Source of the DNA: Propionibacteriaceae bacterium
Lineage (GTDB): Bacteria > Actinomycetota > Actinomycetes > Propionibacteriales > Propionibacteriaceae
Length of the DNA: 32,000 nucleotides
Assembly: GCA_031256725.1 (NCBI GenBank)
Contig: JAIRQE010000025.1
Coordinates: 120,001-152,000, forward strand
Direction: 5' to 3'
Shown: positions 28,960 through 32,000 of the stretch, piece by piece
How the letters are laid out: each line of letters starts with the position of its first letter
Numbering within the stretch: position 1 is the stretch's first letter
The notes under the pieces: generated by a model
The model's input: the letters and a program-made list of their open reading frames with translations, nothing else
Told to the model about the DNA's origin: nothing
The model's database searches: none
Translations under genes and position numbers: made by a program

Positions 28960-28986
28960 CTAGCACTCAACGACCGCGACTGCTAA
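28960..28986. promoter_or_regulatory. CIRCE-like HrcA operator immediately upstream of the zinc-ribbon gene
   Basis: CTAGCACTC-N9-GACTGCTAA has one mismatch per half-site versus TTAGCACTC-N9-GAGTGCTAA. It fills the 40-nt gap between the MFS stop (28989) and the zinc-ribbon gene's start codon (ATG 28948), just upstream of its RBS. Confidence 0.7.
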
Positions 28987-28988
28987 TT

Positions 28989-30212
28989 CTACTCATCCTC
29001 ACCCAAAGCGCCAAGCGACTTGGCTTCGGTCAATATCTTGAGCTGTTTGGACGCTCCCAATGCGACACTCAGTGCGAGTACTCCACCCACCATGACACAG
29101 ATGAATCCGGCACCATGGCCGAAATGATCGATGAGATACCCGGAGATTGCGGAGCCTATGGAGACCCCGATGCCGATCGCGGTACCTAACCAAGCAAGTC
29201 CCTCCGTCAAGCGAGCCGGCGGTACTAGGTACCCGATCAGGCCGTTAGCGTTGATGAAGGTCGGCGCGATTGAGAAACCAACTATAAACCCGAAGATCCC
29301 CAAGGTGAGTGGATTCCAGGCGAAGTACAGGATCCAGGCTGTGACTCCTAACAGGGATACACATATAAGGAATCTCTTCCATAAGGGGCTCCTCCAACTG
29401 CGTGCTCCATAGAGGAATCCACCAATGGCGGAGCCGAGCGACATCACACCGAGGACGATTCCGACTTGTTCGCGAGAATTCCAGGTGGTTGTTGCGGCAA
29501 GGGTGGCAACATCAATGGATCCGAAAAGCGCTCCCATGAGGAAACCGATGGCATCCACGACAGCGATACCGGGCAACAGGATGATGAGTCGGGAGTGGGA
29601 GTGGGAGTGTTCTCGGGTAATGATTGTGGGTTCGGTGGATTTCAGCGAGTAGAAGACTCCCGCGCCTCCAGCGATCATCAGAGCGGGTCCGGCGAGTCCA
29701 GCGGCGGGATGCAGACTTGTAGCAAGCCAGGTCGCAGCCACAGGGCCGATGATGAAGCCGAGTTCATCAAGAGTGGATTCCAAAGAATAAGCAGTATGCA
29801 GGTCGTGAGCCGAGGAGAGTACATAGTTCCATCGAGCGCGTACCATTGCCCCAGGTGAGCCCTGTGTGAGCCCAGAAATGACAGTGAAGACAAACAGGGT
29901 CCATAACGGAGCATGGAAGACGGCAAGAATGACAACGATAGCCAAGGCCGCAGCAGAGACCAGTGCAGCGGGAAGCATGATCCGGCGTTGCCCAAAGCGG
30001 TCTACGAGATTCGACAAGAAGGCGGTACCAATGGCCCACGCGACTACATCTGCTGCTGTGAGCGCACCAGCAATCCCATAGTTTCCGTAGATCCCGGAAG
30101 CCATCATGAGTATCCCGATCCCCGTCATGGCACCACCGAATCGCGCTATCAATCCGGCTATACAGAATGCTAGCGCTCCAGGTACTTTGAGTACTCTCAC
30201 GTAGGCGCGCAC
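28989..30212 (-). CDS. MFS transporter
   Basis: 407 aa with roughly 12 TM helices and the MFS loop motif (LVDRFGQRR). GTG start. Confidence 0.85.
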   Translation of the reverse strand: MRAYVRVLKVPGALAFCIAGLIARFGGAMTGIGILMMASGIYGNYGIAGALTAADVVAWAIGTAFLSNLVDRFGQRRIMLPAALVSAAALAIVVILAVFHAPLWTLFVFTVISGLTQGSPGAMVRARWNYVLSSAHDLHTAYSLESTLDELGFIIGPVAATWLATSLHPAAGLAGPALMIAGGAGVFYSLKSTEPTIITREHSHSHSRLIILLPGIAVVDAIGFLMGALFGSIDVATLAATTTWNSREQVGIVLGVMSLGSAIGGFLYGARSWRSPLWKRFLICVSLLGVTAWILYFAWNPLTLGIFGFIVGFSIAPTFINANGLIGYLVPPARLTEGLAWLGTAIGIGVSIGSAISGYLIDHFGHGAGFICVMVGGVLALSVALGASKQLKILTEAKSLGALGEDE

Positions 30213-30488
30213 CGTACAAGCTTGTCATAGACCTGTGTGGACTGCTAGCGCGCATAGTGATGTACCTGATCATTCCCATAGATTGTTTCTTGGGAAGGCA
30301 GGTGATACGACCTCACCATGGGTCGAGAGTGAGCCATATTTGTGTAGTTTTGAGTAAAGAATTGCCGAAGAAAATCGCTCGGTTTTATGAGAATTCGTGA
30401 CCATGTGCGAGCAAAACTTAACGAGAAACTACGTAAATTAGATGAGTTCTAAGGAATAACAGGAGGCGATATACCCCAGAAGTACCCC

Positions 30489-30710
30489 TTGTCATCACTA
30501 GATTCCCTTATTCATTTGACTGAAACAATAGCTATTGTATGTCTGAGTTATGCGATATTATCATTAATAAAACCCCTTATCAAGGCCATATTTCCCACTC
30601 TGGATAATAAATACACTAGTGACCTGTACAGTGTCAAGAGCTTTGAGTCTTCTTTTCTTCTGAAGATGGTTGTAGAATTATCATGTCGTCAATCGCTTAA
30701 GAGGGCATAG
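30489..30710 (+). CDS. Doubtful small ORF with one TM-like segment in an AT-rich islet
   Basis: 73 codons with a TTG start. The AGGAGG at 30462-30467 is more than 20 nt away. It has a hydrophobic stretch TETIAIVCLSYAILSLIKPLIKAIF. No homology recognised. Confidence 0.2.
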   Translation: MSSLDSLIHLTETIAIVCLSYAILSLIKPLIKAIFPTLDNKYTSDLYSVKSFESSFLLKMVVELSCRQSLKRA

Positions 30711-31509
30711 CTCGTTGGGGCTAGATGATTGCCGCAAACGCAAGCCTCTTTCCCAGGGGGGAGATCGGGGTGAGTGTCCAGCCAGAAATGGTATAGGGAA
30801 GTGGCCCTGGTTTCCTCAGGATTGAACGGATGGTTTGATTCAGGAGTTCGCTAGGGCCGCCTTCACTTTCCGAAAAACAACCTCTGACAAGGCTTGCTTC
30901 CCCCAATCCTCATGAAGTATGGTGAAGTGAAGCACCTGATAAATACGCTAAGCAAGCAGATAAGTCAGGGGCCTCCTCCTTCAAGGAATCGGATCTAACG
31001 GGGTTCGGATACGGAAGAACTGGGAGTCTTTCCGTAGAAAACGAGTCTTTGAAGGTGTTTGTTCTGGGGACAGTGCATGTGAGTCTCACGGGTATACCGA
31101 GGATTTAGTGTGCCTGTTTATGAGAGGGATGATTGATGAAATTCACCAAACACAAGATTGATTCATCAGACTGTCATCGAATCGGCAACACACGGGTGTG
31201 AGATGACTGATGATCGGTATCTAGTTGGCGGGGAGGCCAACTTATTCCCCCCTGAGTCGTCTGGATGGGACGGCGCAGGCGTACTGGACTCCAGTTCACG
31301 CATGGAACACTGTCAACCTTATTCAAGGCAGCAGTATTCTATTCAGCCACTCCAGTTTCTCGCGCAAGGGAAAATCCTTGTGACCAGGCAGATTGAGACT
31401 GGCAACACCTCAACTGAGGTCACAGTGCAAGGATTAGCGATTCAGGTTGCTCGCCCGAGTCGTCATCCCTTGCACCTCCCGATAGTCACCAAGTGGAGAT
31501 CTATCCCTG

Positions 31510-31827
31510 GTGAGACGGTCTATCGAGATGTACCAAGGAAACTGGAAGGCGGCTGTGAGATCGCACAGCGAGGGAGAGGTGAGGATCTCGTTCACCACCC
31601 ATCGGGGGGTTCACCCCCACGTACACACTGCCGTGAGAGGGGAGATCTCCGGATACAGTGTGAGTACCGTCGGGGTAGTTCTGGACGCCCAGAAAATCGG
31701 TGGTACAGCCAGTCCCGGATCGGGTATAAGTCTGCTCGCCATCTTCGACCCTAGCGCCTCGACCGCGCTGGGTGTACCTCACCGCAAGAGGAGGTACCCC
31801 AAGGCACTAGGACTCAAGATCGTTTGA
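31510..31827 (+). CDS. Doubtful ORF (105 codons) ending 21 nt before a strong terminator
   Basis: GTG start with GGAG 11 nt upstream. The translation has beta-like stretches (GEVRISFTTH..VHTAVRGEISGYSVSTVGVVLD), but the composition is odd and other frames are open over the same DNA. It could equally be part of a non-coding RNA. Confidence 0.25.
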   Translation: MRRSIEMYQGNWKAAVRSHSEGEVRISFTTHRGVHPHVHTAVRGEISGYSVSTVGVVLDAQKIGGTASPGSGISLLAIFDPSASTALGVPHRKRRYPKALGLKIV

Positions 31828-31848
31828 GCGATTCGGCTCGAATCCGTT

Positions 31849-31892
31849 GGGACCGCCCCCACCCTCGCGGGGGCGATCCCACTTTACTTTTT
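31849..31892 (+). terminator. Intrinsic terminator (12-bp GC-rich stem, 11/12 paired, plus T-tract)
   Basis: GGGACCGCCCCC-ACCCTCGC-GGGGGCGATCCC followed by ACTTTACTTTTTC. Confidence 0.65.
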
Positions 31893-32000
31893 CAGGATGG
31901 CCCTTTTATTCGTTGGCGTAGTTTCCTGACATCTGCCGGCATTTCCCCTAACGAGGAAGCTAGAAAAGTTGACCGTACCCATGGAGGAAGGCTAAAGTTT

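Noticed and set aside
31449-31461. GCTCGCCCGAGTC resembles a segment I remember from actinobacterial RNase P RNA, and CTAGATGATTG at about 30722 resembles the P4-proximal CUAGAUGAAUG.
   Set aside because: The universally conserved GAGGAAAGUCCGG and ACAGAACCCGGCUUA blocks are absent on both strands, and the order of the similar pieces is wrong.
31699-31706. T-box-like core GGTGGTAC within AAAATCGGTGGTACAGCC, suggesting a tRNA-sensing leader.
   Set aside because: Only 13/16 match to the T-box consensus, and an 8-mer match is expected about once by chance in this window. I could not find a specifier or Stem I or a competing antiterminator. The terminator is roughly 140 nt away instead of adjacent.
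31835-31860. tRNA-like 3' end (GGCTCGAATCC..GGGACCGCC), considered as a possible attR copy of the tRNA-Arg 3' end or a tmRNA terminus.
   Set aside because: Only about 19/28 identity to the tRNA-Arg 3' end. The T-stem would have 3 bp, and there is no matching 5' acceptor strand or tmRNA 5' sequence. The segment is better explained as two adjacent hairpins including the terminator. Conserved SAF-Ruc synteny lies between the two sites, arguing against an island.

Overview
This 32 kb window reads as a core chromosomal segment of a mid-GC Actinomycetota genome (roughly 55% GC by eye). The evidence is Actinomycetales-type content and synteny: folD-DUF3017-ahcY, csp-DUF3027, SAF-FmdB/Ruc, and a stand-alone groEL under CIRCE control. 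I cannot name the species.

About 30 protein genes are supportable:
- Housekeeping: DedA, DUF3467, FolD, AhcY, PurL, GroEL, CutC-like, a cold-shock protein, DUF3027.
- Transport: a polar amino-acid ABC operon, an LsrB/RbsB-like solute-binding lipoprotein, NarK, an AzgA-type purine permease, an MFS transporter.
- Regulation: an ArsR-like regulator, DtxR/IdeR, a truncated GntR/UTRA gene.
- tRNA-Arg(CCT) is also present.
- I saw no CRISPR array, rRNA, intact transposase or integrase.

The parts that ordinary annotation does not explain are, in my order of interest:
1. A roughly 1.5 kb low-GC islet after purL carrying a P-loop GTPase fused to a DUF697 membrane domain. Its putative promoter has a C10 tract inside the -35/-10 spacer, which is a phase-variation architecture.
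2. A single 648-aa ORF that fuses an ECF sigma factor, a zinc anti-sigma motif, a TM helix, a Pro-rich linker and an Ig-like ectodomain.
3. A roughly 1.1 kb stretch (30.7-31.9 kb) that lacks convincing ORFs, is dense in hairpins, and ends in a strong intrinsic terminator.
4. A third CIRCE operator in front of a Ruc-like zinc-ribbon gene, with a DnaA-box cluster and tandem palindromic repeats in the next intergenic region.
5. A palindromic intergenic repeat family (two copies) and a strong GTAC tetranucleotide excess in native genes that is absent from the low-GC islet.

All functional calls come from reading the translated ORFs and motifs. No database search was run.
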